NCBI GenBank assembly: GCA_963758495.1
Contig: CAVWVI010000004.1
Location: 352,001 to 416,000, forward strand
Direction of reading: 5' to 3'
Origin: Oligoflexia bacterium
GTDB taxonomy: Bacteria; Bdellovibrionota; UBA1018
DNA length: 64,000 bases
Translations under genes and position numbers: made by a program
The notes under the pieces: model-generated
Seen by the model: only the letters and a program-made list of their open reading frames with translations
Told to the model about the DNA's origin: nothing
Database searches by the model: none
Shown: positions 50,326 through 59,380 of the stretch, piece by piece
Layout of the letters: each line of letters starts with the position of its first letter
Position numbering within the stretch: the first letter of the stretch is position 1

Positions 50326-51570
50326 TTGTCGCGACGTATTAAATCTTTCTTTATGCATTTTATTCGAAGGAAAGTTGGTTTTTTCCTCGTTTGGGTTACA
50401 GCCTTGTGCCCTATTTTCCACTACTCTATTTCTGCTGATGCAACTGAAGCAGAAATAGACATGATCGAGCCCAAGTTTGGGCCTGAGTTCACATTCACCA
50501 ATCATGACCTGATCAGTGCAAGCGGTTTATCGGGGGAAATTATTACTTCTCCGGCAAATGGAGCTGCTAGAAACCAGTGGTTTCAATTGATGAAGAAAAA
50601 ATGTGCAGTTGTCGGCTGCACCTATCAATTTTTAAAAATTCGCAATTTTCCGATTACGATCCGATTTACTTATCCGGATGGATTTCATTACAATCTTTCC
50701 CTTGATCCAGGCGTCATAGAAATACAAATGAAGCCTTTGACTCTGAAGGAAACGATTCAATATAGCTCCCGAATCCAATCCGACATCTTTGATGTAGCAA
50801 CCCAGATTCATCTTGCTCCTGACGACTATTATGGAGGGGGCAGCATCCACGTAGATAAGAAAACGGGATTTAGAGACAACCCACTACTTTTCCTGGATTT
50901 TGTGGTCGATTATTCAAACCATTATACCCTGAGTACTGACAGCCTAGGAGAGTACCTGGACAATGCTCCTCCCATCTTGGCTTTGCCCAGGGTAAATCAA
51001 GAAAATTTTGCCAAAGTGATAGAAAATGCCAGATCGAGTAGGGAAAAAACGATTGAAAAAATTTCGAAAGAAATCATTGAGCAAGTGTACACTGCAAACC
51101 CTTATAACTTTACACCGACCGCAAAGTACCAAGCTCTTAACCTAAATAAGATGCTGAGACCTAACGAATCAGAAAGGACAGTCGAGATCAAAGGTATTCG
51201 TGCACAAAAAGATGTAGGAGAATACATCGCTCTCCTCAGAATTTTTCGAGCCAGAATCAACTTCCTTTACCAGCGAAGACTACACGGCTTTGGGGATGTA
51301 CTGTGGCTAGGTATCACAAAACCAGAAACTACCTTTAACGAGTCCATGAAATCCAAATCTCACTATAAACTTGTTGCAACCCAGTTCAAACGATACTTAG
51401 AAGAAACAGGACTACTCTGGCACGGCTTCAGGCATTTACTCAGACCTCCTACTTTACTGTCTCCTCCTACCCCTCTGAATGAGGACACGGAATGCCTTTC
51501 GAACAAAGATTTATGTTTTCCTCAAGATCAGTTTTTGAAAAACATGGAGACTCTCAGATCAAAGCTTTGA
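50326..51570 (+). CDS. Secreted protein with amidoligase/GCS-fold-like motifs
   Basis: FGPEFTF, DPGVIEI, GGGSIHV, KYQALNL, TVEIK resemble the COOH-NH2 ligase (Amidoligase_2) motif order; family call is tentative. Confidence 0.55.
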   Translation: MSRRIKSFFMHFIRRKVGFFLVWVTALCPIFHYSISADATEAEIDMIEPKFGPEFTFTNHDLISASGLSGEIITSPANGAARNQWFQLMKKKCAVVGCTYQFLKIRNFPITIRFTYPDGFHYNLSLDPGVIEIQMKPLTLKETIQYSSRIQSDIFDVATQIHLAPDDYYGGGSIHVDKKTGFRDNPLLFLDFVVDYSNHYTLSTDSLGEYLDNAPPILALPRVNQENFAKVIENARSSREKTIEKISKEIIEQVYTANPYNFTPTAKYQALNLNKMLRPNESERTVEIKGIRAQKDVGEYIALLRIFRARINFLYQRRLHGFGDVLWLGITKPETTFNESMKSKSHYKLVATQFKRYLEETGLLWHGFRHLLRPPTLLSPPTPLNEDTECLSNKDLCFPQDQFLKNMETLRSKL

Positions 51571-51593
51571 TCATTTAAACTGAACTTCTTCAT

Positions 51594-52226
51594 CTAATGT
51601 GAAAAACAAAAAAGAAGAACACCCATGACCGCGACTCCGCATCCTGTAATCACATCACCATAATGCTCAAACAAAGGATGATCGAGCTTTACTAAGCCCA
51701 ATGATATTAATAAAGTAGAGCCAATCAAAGAAACAAGCACACCCACAGAAAAGCAAAATAAGGTTAATACAGTAGCCAGGTACCCCTCTGAGGCGGCGGC
51801 CGCAAAGATCGGAAGTACAGCCACACAAGGAGAAAAACCAAGTGAAAATAAAAAGATAAATGGAGTTTTCTTATTTTGAGGGTCTGGGCCGTGATGGGTA
51901 TGTCCATGGCAATCAGAATGAATAAAAAAAGCCACTCCGGCATAAATCATTCCAAAGATCGCCAGTCCAAGTCCCGCATAACGCTCAATTTCATTTTCAT
52001 ATTGCGAGAGAAAATGAACTCCAATCCAAATGGATAAAAGACCTAATAAAAGGGACAGAAAAATATGACCTGAAGCTGTAACCACAGCTCCCATCATTGC
52101 GGTCCTCACAGACCACTTTCGTGTTTTAGCCATTAAGACAACAGGTAACCAATGCCCTGGGGCTAACGTATGGACAAGCCCGACAAATGCGGCAGAAATT
52201 GACAAAATAATCATAAATACTCGCAC
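51594..52226 (-). CDS. Nickel/cobalt transporter-like membrane protein (NiCoT/RcnA/DsbD_2-like)
   Basis: HTLAPGHW, GHI, His-rich loop HSDCHGHTHH, SPC. Confidence 0.78.
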   Translation of the reverse strand: MRVFMIILSISAAFVGLVHTLAPGHWLPVVLMAKTRKWSVRTAMMGAVVTASGHIFLSLLLGLLSIWIGVHFLSQYENEIERYAGLGLAIFGMIYAGVAFFIHSDCHGHTHHGPDPQNKKTPFIFLFSLGFSPCVAVLPIFAAAASEGYLATVLTLFCFSVGVLVSLIGSTLLISLGLVKLDHPLFEHYGDVITGCGVAVMGVLLFCFSH

Positions 52227-52458
52227 CGATACCCATCATGCCAAAGGTTTTTAGTCAAGTTAAATCCATACATTCAGACCTAAAATAAGAAGGGATTTAT
52301 CAAATAACTCAACTATCAAGGCAATTAATTTACTCACGGATGAGCATAAAAAGATTACAGAGTATCATGTAAAATTCAATGACCTGATTGATGAAGTTGA
52401 ATTTCGACCCGGTCATATAATTAATCAAATGGCAGATGAGATGAAAAACCAGCGCTGC

Positions 52459-53004
52459 TTAAGCAGCAGCTTTTGGATGAACTCGAACTTTACCGTGAAC
52501 TCGAACTTTACCGTGAGCCCGTACTTCTTTTTCCAACTGTAGGTCACGAGCTAACTTAAACAATTGAATCTTTCTCATGAGTGAGCGAACTCGAGGAAAC
52601 AATACATTCTCTTCTTCTGTTACATGACTCTCAACATCTTCCATCAGTATTTTTATTTTATGAGTGGCTTTCTCACTCCCCAAGGATAAATGGGAGATTT
52701 CTTTTATAAGAACTTTCTGGTGCTTCTGATCTTCATAAGATTTAGCAATTTGGCGTTTAAGCTCGGGGAATTTCTCACAAGCAGGATAAAAAAGTGTCTC
52801 CTCAAGATGAGAATGAAGAAGGAGTTCCCTTTTGATCGCTTCAAAAGTCCGCTCTCGCCCACTTCTAGATGTGGAAAACCGCCATTGCAAAAAGAGCATT
52901 TCCACTCGGATGTGATCTCGCTCCAAAAGATCCAGTACATCCAGCTTGCGCCCAGTTAACATTTTAAAAACAAATTTCACTCTTTGTGTTAGCTCTGTTA
53001 CCAT
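52459..53004 (-). CDS. Hemerythrin/HHE cation-binding domain protein
   Basis: LLERDH, HSHLEETLFYP, HVTEEENVLFP; C-terminal 18-bp repeats at 52478-52527. Confidence 0.85.
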   Translation of the reverse strand: MVTELTQRVKFVFKMLTGRKLDVLDLLERDHIRVEMLFLQWRFSTSRSGRERTFEAIKRELLLHSHLEETLFYPACEKFPELKRQIAKSYEDQKHQKVLIKEISHLSLGSEKATHKIKILMEDVESHVTEEENVLFPRVRSLMRKIQLFKLARDLQLEKEVRAHGKVRVHGKVRVHPKAAA

Positions 53005-53019
53005 ACAGTTTATTTACTC

Positions 53020-53035
53020 AGCAAAACGCATGCCG
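53020..53035 (-). promoter_or_regulatory. Candidate sigma-54 promoter for the hemerythrin gene
   Basis: Minus strand CGGCAT-GCGTT-TTGCT. Confidence 0.55.
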
Positions 53036-53051
53036 AGCTTTTAAAAATAAC

Positions 53052-53666
53052 CTAGATTCCAAAACGCAGCCCAGTGATGATCTGAAGATCTCGAAAATAA
53101 ATTGACGTACCGTCCATTTTACTAATATTTTGAGCTCCTATTAAATAGCGACCATCCATTACCCACCGAGTTAAAGGAAGAATGCGAATATCCAACCCAG
53201 CACTGACAACCATACCATAATCATCAGCGCCAAATGTCGAAAAGCTATAAGCAGTATCCGTAGTTTGAGATGGATCAGAAACTGGGTAAGAATGAACACT
53301 CCCCACTCCATGAGAAAAATAAGGACCTAATCCTAAACTCAGAATAGAAAATGGCTGATATTTTAAAAGAGCCGGAAACTGAATGGTATCAAAAGTATTC
53401 ACTACCGTGCCCACTACGGAATCACTCTCACTATACCCGCGAGGCAAATAAAGGGCACCCACCTCAAGACTCAACTTTGAGAACATCTCAAACCTGAACA
53501 ATACACCGCCCCCGTAAGTATAACGAGAACCCACGGTAAAAATATTGCTAGGATCAGATGCAGCGGTCGGAAAAGCAACTGCCACCACAGGGATAAGACT
53601 CAATGCATGACAATCCAAAGCTGAAAGCATCGTGATTGTAGAACATAAGATTAAAATTTTTCTCAT
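53052..53666 (-). CDS. Small outer-membrane beta-barrel protein
   Basis: Signal peptide, amphipathic strands, IQFPALLKY, LGLGPY, C-terminal GLRFGI. Confidence 0.8.
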   Translation of the reverse strand: MRKILILCSTITMLSALDCHALSLIPVVAVAFPTAASDPSNIFTVGSRYTYGGGVLFRFEMFSKLSLEVGALYLPRGYSESDSVVGTVVNTFDTIQFPALLKYQPFSILSLGLGPYFSHGVGSVHSYPVSDPSQTTDTAYSFSTFGADDYGMVVSAGLDIRILPLTRWVMDGRYLIGAQNISKMDGTSIYFRDLQIITGLRFGI

Positions 53667-54088
53667 AAAAGAATTTTAATCCCTTCTAAGTAGGACTTCC
53701 ACCCCAATCCGCAAATCTGCTTCACACAAACAGGTGCTATCACTGAAATTTTTCTAAATTTCTCTCGTTTATGAATATCCGATAAATGAACCTCGACCGT
53801 TGGCAAAGCAATCGAATCTATAGCATCACGCAGTGCATATGAATAATGAGTATAAGCTCCTGGATTAATCACAACTCCATCGACTTTTTTTCTATAGTGA
53901 TGAAGTAGATCAATGAGATCACCTTCTGAGTTTGATTGAAATATCTGGAGACTTACCCCTAGCTCCTGAGCTGATTTTCTAAGCTGTACGTTGACTTGAC
54001 GTAACGTCATCTTTCCATAAACATCTGGATTGCGCTCGCCCAATAAATTTAAATTTGGACCATGCAAAACAAGGATCTTCTTCTTCAC
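53663..54088 (-). CDS. aroQ: Type II 3-dehydroquinate dehydratase
   Basis: LHGPNLNLLG, FQSNSEG, INPGAYTHYS, EVHLS...RE. Confidence 0.97.
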   Translation of the reverse strand: MKKKILVLHGPNLNLLGERNPDVYGKMTLRQVNVQLRKSAQELGVSLQIFQSNSEGDLIDLLHHYRKKVDGVVINPGAYTHYSYALRDAIDSIALPTVEVHLSDIHKREKFRKISVIAPVCVKQICGLGWKSYLEGIKILL

Positions 54089-55191
54089 GCCGTACCTTTC
54101 CTTAACCAGTCCAAGGTCACAAGGATTTTATTATCCGAAATATTTCGATCCAATACTGGCTTTCCTATTGCCTTGAGAAGTACAAAACGAGTGATTCCAT
54201 TTTCAGATTTTTTATCGTGCTTCAATCTCGCAAGCAATGTGCTATTTTTAATCTTTTTTGAAATGGGTGGCACCGGTAGACTTCCGAGGAAAGTATCTAC
54301 CTCAATCTGAACTTTTTGACTCAAATGCCCTGACAAGACAGAAAGATGAAGGGCAGCACGCATCCCCAAAATCACAGCCTCACCATGTCTAAAATAACCA
54401 TATCCCGCTTCCGCTTCCAATGCGTGACCGAGTGTATGTCCAAAATTGAGAACCTCTCGAATACCTATTCGATCTAACTCATCTTTTGTCACGATCTTAG
54501 CTTTCCAGCTTAAACATTGATGAATGGCTCCAACTATTTTTTTAGGATTTAAAATTAAAAATTTCTGCCAGTCTTCTTTTAATTGTAAAAAAAAACTAGG
54601 GTCAAACAGGAGTCCATATTTGATCATCTCCCCTAATCCCGAAACCAACTCACGCCTTGGAAGCGTTTTTAGAAAAGATGAATCACAGATAATTACTGAA
54701 GGTTGATGAAACACCCCAATTAGATTTTTGCCTTGTTCGTGATTGATACCGGTTTTTCCTCCTAAGGAACTATCTATCTGAGCTAAAAGAGTGGTCGGTA
54801 TTCCAACCCAACGAATTCCTCTGAGAAACGTTCCCGCAATAAAACCAGCAACATCCCCAATCACTCCGCCACCTAATGCAAAAATTACAGAATGTCGATT
54901 ACCTCCTGCCCGCAACAATTGTCCATATAATGGGTAAATCCGACGAAAATCTTTTAACTCCTCTGATGCTTTAACAAAAATCGTATGGGTTTTCCAACCT
55001 GCCGCCTTTAAACCCTGATTCAATTTTTGAACATGCCCTTTAAGCCGTTGATCCGCAATAATGAAGCCTTGTTTCAATTTTCCTTTCGGAAAGCTGTCTT
55101 GTAAAAGATGCTTTGTAATACGTTGGACAATTTCATTTCCAACCCAAATTTTATGTTCACCACTTGACGAAGTTAAAATAATTTTTTTCAT
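54085..55191 (-). CDS. aroB: 3-dehydroquinate synthase
   Basis: GGGVIGD, PTTLLAQIDSSLGGKTG, KNLIG, LNFGHTLGHALE, HGEAV, DKK. Confidence 0.97.
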   Translation of the reverse strand: MKKIILTSSSGEHKIWVGNEIVQRITKHLLQDSFPKGKLKQGFIIADQRLKGHVQKLNQGLKAAGWKTHTIFVKASEELKDFRRIYPLYGQLLRAGGNRHSVIFALGGGVIGDVAGFIAGTFLRGIRWVGIPTTLLAQIDSSLGGKTGINHEQGKNLIGVFHQPSVIICDSSFLKTLPRRELVSGLGEMIKYGLLFDPSFFLQLKEDWQKFLILNPKKIVGAIHQCLSWKAKIVTKDELDRIGIREVLNFGHTLGHALEAEAGYGYFRHGEAVILGMRAALHLSVLSGHLSQKVQIEVDTFLGSLPVPPISKKIKNSTLLARLKHDKKSENGITRFVLLKAIGKPVLDRNISDNKILVTLDWLRKGTA

Positions 55192-55196
55192 TTATA

Positions 55197-55297
55197 GTAA
55201 GTAGCTCCTTCAGGGTTGTTGACAAGCACTGCAAGGAGTCCTGTTGCGCCGTTAAGATTTAGATTCCCGGCGCATCAGGACTCCTTGCAGTGCTTAC
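55197..55297. repeat. Composite REPIN/MITE-like element of the GTAAG family
   Basis: Starts GTAAG, ends CTTAC; internal inverted arms 55224-55251 and 55268-55295 are 27/28 complementary. Confidence 0.85.
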
Positions 55298-55306
55298 ATT
55301 TATTTC

Positions 55307-55924
55307 TCACCAAATATCGAGCATTAATCCTACGAAAATATCAACGTTCCTGCTACGCTGAGTAGTCGCCGAGTTCGAACTGAGATTAGCAAAACCATAT
55401 TGATAGAGAATATCTAGTCTCACTTTGAGCAATGACGCTAATGGCAATCGAATTCCCACCCCCCCTAATAATCCATAATCATTCGATCCATTTCCAATTT
55501 GCGCTGTGGTTACGTTGGACACAAGAGTCTCGATTGAAGCAGCGGATAAAACTCCATAATATCCACCTAAACTAAAAGATACCAAACTGAATGGCACAAA
55601 GCGAAGAAGCAAAGGTACATCAATGTATTTGTTAGTATAGTTTTGAGTAACAGCGCCTGTAAAAGTACTAAAAGAATGAGTTAAAAAGAGTAAACCGGAT
55701 TCCAAACTAAAAAATGGATTGAGATCAACACCCACTGTGCCTCCCACTCCAAACGCAGTTCCACTTGAACTCTGGGTACTCGGAGTCGTACTTAAGCTAT
55801 AATTTGATTGAGTCACCGCACCAAGAAGCGAAAAATCGAGTGCATATGCAGAGTGAGGGGATAATGAACCTAAAAACATTATGAAAAATGCTATGATTAA
55901 ATTATTCTTTTTAAATTTTTTCAA
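55307..55924 (-). CDS. Small outer-membrane beta-barrel protein
   Basis: Signal peptide, YIDVPLLLRF, DYGLLGG, C-terminal Trp; similar to 53052-53666; GGAG RBS before TTG. Confidence 0.8.
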   Translation of the reverse strand: MKKFKKNNLIIAFFIMFLGSLSPHSAYALDFSLLGAVTQSNYSLSTTPSTQSSSGTAFGVGGTVGVDLNPFFSLESGLLFLTHSFSTFTGAVTQNYTNKYIDVPLLLRFVPFSLVSFSLGGYYGVLSAASIETLVSNVTTAQIGNGSNDYGLLGGVGIRLPLASLLKVRLDILYQYGFANLSSNSATTQRSRNVDIFVGLMLDIW

Positions 55925-55959
55925 ACACTACTCTCCTTGTTCATACAAACTTAAACAAC

Positions 55960-55977
55960 GTAAGTAGTTCCTTTAGG
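55960..55977 (+). repeat. REP-like GTAAG family half element
   Basis: GTAAGTAGTTCCTTTAGG, 17/18 identical to the start of the 6123-6156 copy. Confidence 0.7.
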
Positions 55978-56004
55978 ACTCTAACTCGAAAAATACAAAT
56001 ATAA

Positions 56005-56031
56005 AGGGCAGGTTTCATCGAAACCTACCCT
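56005..56031 (-). terminator. Rho-independent terminator of the GQK-repeat gene
   Basis: AGGGTAGGTTTC-GAT-GAAACCTGCCCT followed by TTATATTT on the minus strand. Confidence 0.7.
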
Positions 56032-56060
56032 CGAATGATCAAATCGTGCTTTAAGTAAAA

Positions 56061-56438
56061 TTAAAAGCCAGTACCGCTAGACTTCTGTCCTGCCTTCTGA
56101 GTTGACTTCTGTCCAGCCTGACCTGCTTTCTGTCCTGCCTTCTGTCCAGCCTGACCTGCTTTCTGTCCTGCCTTCTGTCCAGCCTGGCCTGCTTTCTGTC
56201 CTGCCTTTTGTCCAGCCTGACCTGCCTTCTGTCCAGCCTGACCTGCTTTCTGCCCAGCCTGACCTGCTTTCTGTCCAGCCTGGCCTGCTTTCTGCCCAGC
56301 TTGACCTTTCTGTCCGGCTTGGGTAGCTTTCTGGCCTGATTTCACATTTGAAGTAATACCCGCAAATACAGGTGAAGCACTACCCAACGCTAACGCAAAA
56401 GCACCTAAAAATAGTGATGAAGTTACGATACGTTTCAT
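56061..56438 (-). CDS. Secreted low-complexity GQK/AGQ repeat protein
   Basis: Signal peptide ending PVFA; 14 GQK motifs; AAGGAG RBS; terminator downstream. Confidence 0.85.
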   Translation of the reverse strand: MKRIVTSSLFLGAFALALGSASPVFAGITSNVKSGQKATQAGQKGQAGQKAGQAGQKAGQAGQKAGQAGQKAGQAGQKAGQKAGQAGQKAGQKAGQAGQKAGQKAGQAGQKSTQKAGQKSSGTGF

Positions 56439-56483
56439 AACATGATCTCCTTTATTATTTTTACAGTTGTCAGTCCGGAACTT

Positions 56484-56499
56484 TGCAACCGAAATGCCA
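56484..56499 (-). promoter_or_regulatory. sigma-54 promoter of the GQK-repeat gene
   Basis: Minus strand TGGCAT-TTCGG-TTGCA, about 45 nt upstream of the ATG. Confidence 0.75.
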
Positions 56500-56729
56500 C
56501 CTAGTAATTAAGTAATAAACCCCAAGAAAACAATTTGTTATCGATTTGAATTGATTTACATAAAGTTTAGACTCAAATAATCAGAAACGAATTTACATTT
56601 TTAGTCAAAATTTATTAATTTCCAAATCCCGCAACCACATGGGACTTTAGGTTGTTTGAAATTTATAACTTAACTTGATATAGATTATTTATATCTATTT
56701 ATTATTACTTTAAATATTAATATTCAAGA

Positions 56730-56759
56730 AAATAAACCCGTGCTTTTTAAAAAGCCGGG
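56730..56759 (-). terminator. Terminator after the 6S-like RNA
   Basis: CCCGGCTTTTT/AAAAAGCACGGG stem followed by TTTATTTT on the minus strand. Confidence 0.55.
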
Positions 56760-56910
56760 CGTTGCAACGGATCTAGGAACCCTGTGCAAGCTTGCAGGCG
56801 ACAACGTACAGTCGGCAGCTAAGATTAAGAAAAAAAAAGAACGTTATACTAAATACTGATATCCTCTGTCGGATATCAGCCACTTCCTGTCCGCTGCTAC
56901 CGAACACCTA
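56757..56910 (-). ncRNA. ssrS: 6S-RNA-like structured RNA
   Basis: Ends pair (GGUGUU/AACGCC, GCAGCGGA/UCCGUUGC, AGGAA/UUCCU); central bubble with GCUGAUAUC opposite a small hairpin; inner stem CGACAG/UUGUCG; G-U pairs favour the minus strand; terminator hairpin follows. Confidence 0.55.
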
Positions 56911-57017
56911 AAATATAAACTTAATACGCGGCGTCATAACTTTCGACTTTGACTCTTTTCTCGAATAGGGTAAGCCGTGATTGCTTTTTTAGTTATTGAT
57001 CAATAAGGAAATTCTCT

Positions 57018-58502
57018 ATGAGTCACAGTATTTATTTAAACTTCATTCGCGGCCAATGGAAAACAGGAAGTTCGGAGGAATGGGATTTTAATCAAAATCC
57101 TGCAAATCCGAAGCAGATTCTTGGAAAATCAACTCGCTCTACAATTGCAGATGTCGATGCGGCAATTGAAGCCGCAAAGGCAGCACAAATAAACTGGGCA
57201 CAAACTCCCCGTCCCCAAAGAGGAGCCATTTTAGACAAAACTGCCAAAATTCTCCGCCAAAAAGTAGATTTCCTCGCGCAGATCCTCACCCAAGAAGAGG
57301 GGAAAAATTTAAATGAATCTCGGGGGGAAGTACTTAAAGCGATTAATAGCTTAGAATTCACAGCCTCTGAAGGACGGCGCCCTACTGGACAAGTCATTCC
57401 CTCGGAAATGCCTAATACATTTCTTTACACGGATCGAACACCCCTGGGAGTCGTCGCAATCATTACTCCTTGGAATTTCCCTATCTGTATTCCAGCATGG
57501 AAAATTGGCCCTGCTCTGCTCGAAGGAAACGCAGTCGTATTTAAACCTGCCACTCTCACTCCGGCAACAGCTTGCGAACTGGTTCGAGCCTTTGAAGAAG
57601 CGGGATTGCCGGCTGGCGTATTAAATTTGATTTATGGTAGCGGAAGCATCATTGGAAATGCCTTGACTCAGGATAAGAGAGTTCATGGCATTTCATTTAC
57701 GGGATCTAATGAAATAGGAACCGAATTAAATGTCCAAGCAGCAAAGAGACTTGCTCATGTCCAATTAGAAATGGGAGGAAAGAATCCCATTATCGTCCTA
57801 GCAGATGCTGACTTGGATCAAGCTGTTGAAGCAACCATTCAAGGTGCCTTCGGTTCTACTGGGCAAAGATGTACAGCCACATCTCGAGCTATTGTTGAAC
57901 AAAGTGTACATGCGGAATTCACAAAGAAACTTTTAGCGCGTACTCACACCCTAAAAGTAGGAGATGGAATTCTTGATCCACAAGCCATGGGTCCAGTCGT
58001 GGATGAGAAACAGTTTAAATCAGTCCTTGATGCAATAGAAACAGGCATTCGAGAAGGTGCCCAACTCATTTGTGGAGGCAAATCTCTTGTAGGAGATGTG
58101 ACTCATCACGGTTACTTCATCTCACCGACTCTATTTGATTTTGTTTCACCCACCATGACTCTCGCTCGTAATGAAATATTTGGTCCTGTTCTCGCTATTA
58201 TTCCTGTAAACAACTTCGAAGATGCAATTGCTGTTGCAAATTCAGTGGATTATGGACTTTCTTCCTCTATCTATACCAAAGATATTCAGAGGGTCATGCA
58301 CTATGCTCAAAAAATCGAGACAGGAATTCTCCACGTTAACTCCCCTACTGTAGGAGGCGAAGTTCAAGCTCCATTTGGGGGAATGAAATCTACTGGATTG
58401 GGAGGAAGAGAGATGGGTAGTACTGGACCCGAGTTTTTCTGCGAGATTAAATCAATTTATATTGACTACAACTCAAGTATCCGAAAAGGGAACCTTTATT
58501 AA
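57018..58502 (+). CDS. NAD(P)-dependent aldehyde dehydrogenase
   Basis: ITPWNFP, FTGS, LEMGGKNP, GQRCTA, EIFGP, PFGGMK. Confidence 0.95.
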   Translation: MSHSIYLNFIRGQWKTGSSEEWDFNQNPANPKQILGKSTRSTIADVDAAIEAAKAAQINWAQTPRPQRGAILDKTAKILRQKVDFLAQILTQEEGKNLNESRGEVLKAINSLEFTASEGRRPTGQVIPSEMPNTFLYTDRTPLGVVAIITPWNFPICIPAWKIGPALLEGNAVVFKPATLTPATACELVRAFEEAGLPAGVLNLIYGSGSIIGNALTQDKRVHGISFTGSNEIGTELNVQAAKRLAHVQLEMGGKNPIIVLADADLDQAVEATIQGAFGSTGQRCTATSRAIVEQSVHAEFTKKLLARTHTLKVGDGILDPQAMGPVVDEKQFKSVLDAIETGIREGAQLICGGKSLVGDVTHHGYFISPTLFDFVSPTMTLARNEIFGPVLAIIPVNNFEDAIAVANSVDYGLSSSIYTKDIQRVMHYAQKIETGILHVNSPTVGGEVQAPFGGMKSTGLGGREMGSTGPEFFCEIKSIYIDYNSSIRKGNLY

Positions 58503-58516
58503 AAAGGGGGCTTTTT

Positions 58517-59380
58517 ATGACACGAATTATAAATGCCGGTCTCATTCAATTATCTAACTGCATTGATACGACTGAATCTTGTAAAAATATTCGAAATGCA
58601 ATGATTGACGCCCATTTGCCATTCATACACGAAGCAGCTCAACGTGGAACTCAGATTCTTTGCTTTCAAGAGATCTTTAATGGTCCGTACTTTTGTCCTT
58701 CTCAAGATATCAAATGGTACGATATGGCAGAAGAAATTCCGAATGGTCCTACCACGCGAATCATGCAGGATTTAGCAAAGAAATATGGAATGGCGATCGT
58801 TGTTCCTCTTTATGAACGAGAAATGAGCGGTGTATATTACAATACTGCGGCAGTAATTGATGCAGATGGAAAATACCTGGGGAAATATAGAAAAAACCAC
58901 ATCCCGCAAGTAGCGGGGTTTTGGGAAAAGTTTTTCTTTAAACCTGGAAATCTAGGCTACCCTGTATTTCAGACCGCTTATGCTAAAATCGGCGTTTATA
59001 TTTGTTATGATCGACACTTTCCAGAGGGCGCTCGCGCGCTAGGACTGAATGGGGCCGAGATCGTATTTAATCCTTCTGCAACTGTGGCGGGCCTTTCTCA
59101 ATACCTTTGGGAACTAGAACAGCCTGCGCATGCTGCAGCAAATGGATATTTTATTGCCGCTATTAATAGAGTCGGTCGCGAGATGCCTTGGAATATCGGT
59201 GAATTCTACGGGTCCAGTTATTTTGCGAATCCGCGTGGCAAGATTTTTGCTCAGGCTTCCCCAAGTGAGAATCAACTCCTGACTGCTGAGCTAGATCTCT
59301 CTTTAATCGACGACGTTAGAAATCTTTGGCAGTTTTACCGAGATCGACGACCTGAAACCTATGAGGATTTATTAAAATGA
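58517..59380 (+). CDS. Beta-ureidopropionase (nitrilase family)
   Basis: FQEIF, YRKNHIP, WEKFFF, ICYDRHFPE catalytic E-K-C, RDRRP. Confidence 0.9.
   Translation: MTRIINAGLIQLSNCIDTTESCKNIRNAMIDAHLPFIHEAAQRGTQILCFQEIFNGPYFCPSQDIKWYDMAEEIPNGPTTRIMQDLAKKYGMAIVVPLYEREMSGVYYNTAAVIDADGKYLGKYRKNHIPQVAGFWEKFFFKPGNLGYPVFQTAYAKIGVYICYDRHFPEGARALGLNGAEIVFNPSATVAGLSQYLWELEQPAHAAANGYFIAAINRVGREMPWNIGEFYGSSYFANPRGKIFAQASPSENQLLTAELDLSLIDDVRNLWQFYRDRRPETYEDLLK

Noticed and set aside
52318..52460. Hemerythrin-like remnant (KAINLLTDEHKKI) on the + strand
   Set aside because: No start codon and no further motif matches; too little evidence.
55197..55297. Integron attC site
   Set aside because: Lacks RYYYAAC/GTTRRRY ends and there is no integrase or cassette array.
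56082..56337. Possible CRISPR array
   Set aside because: Units are contiguous with no unique spacers and keep frame in a signal-peptide-bearing ORF; no cas genes.
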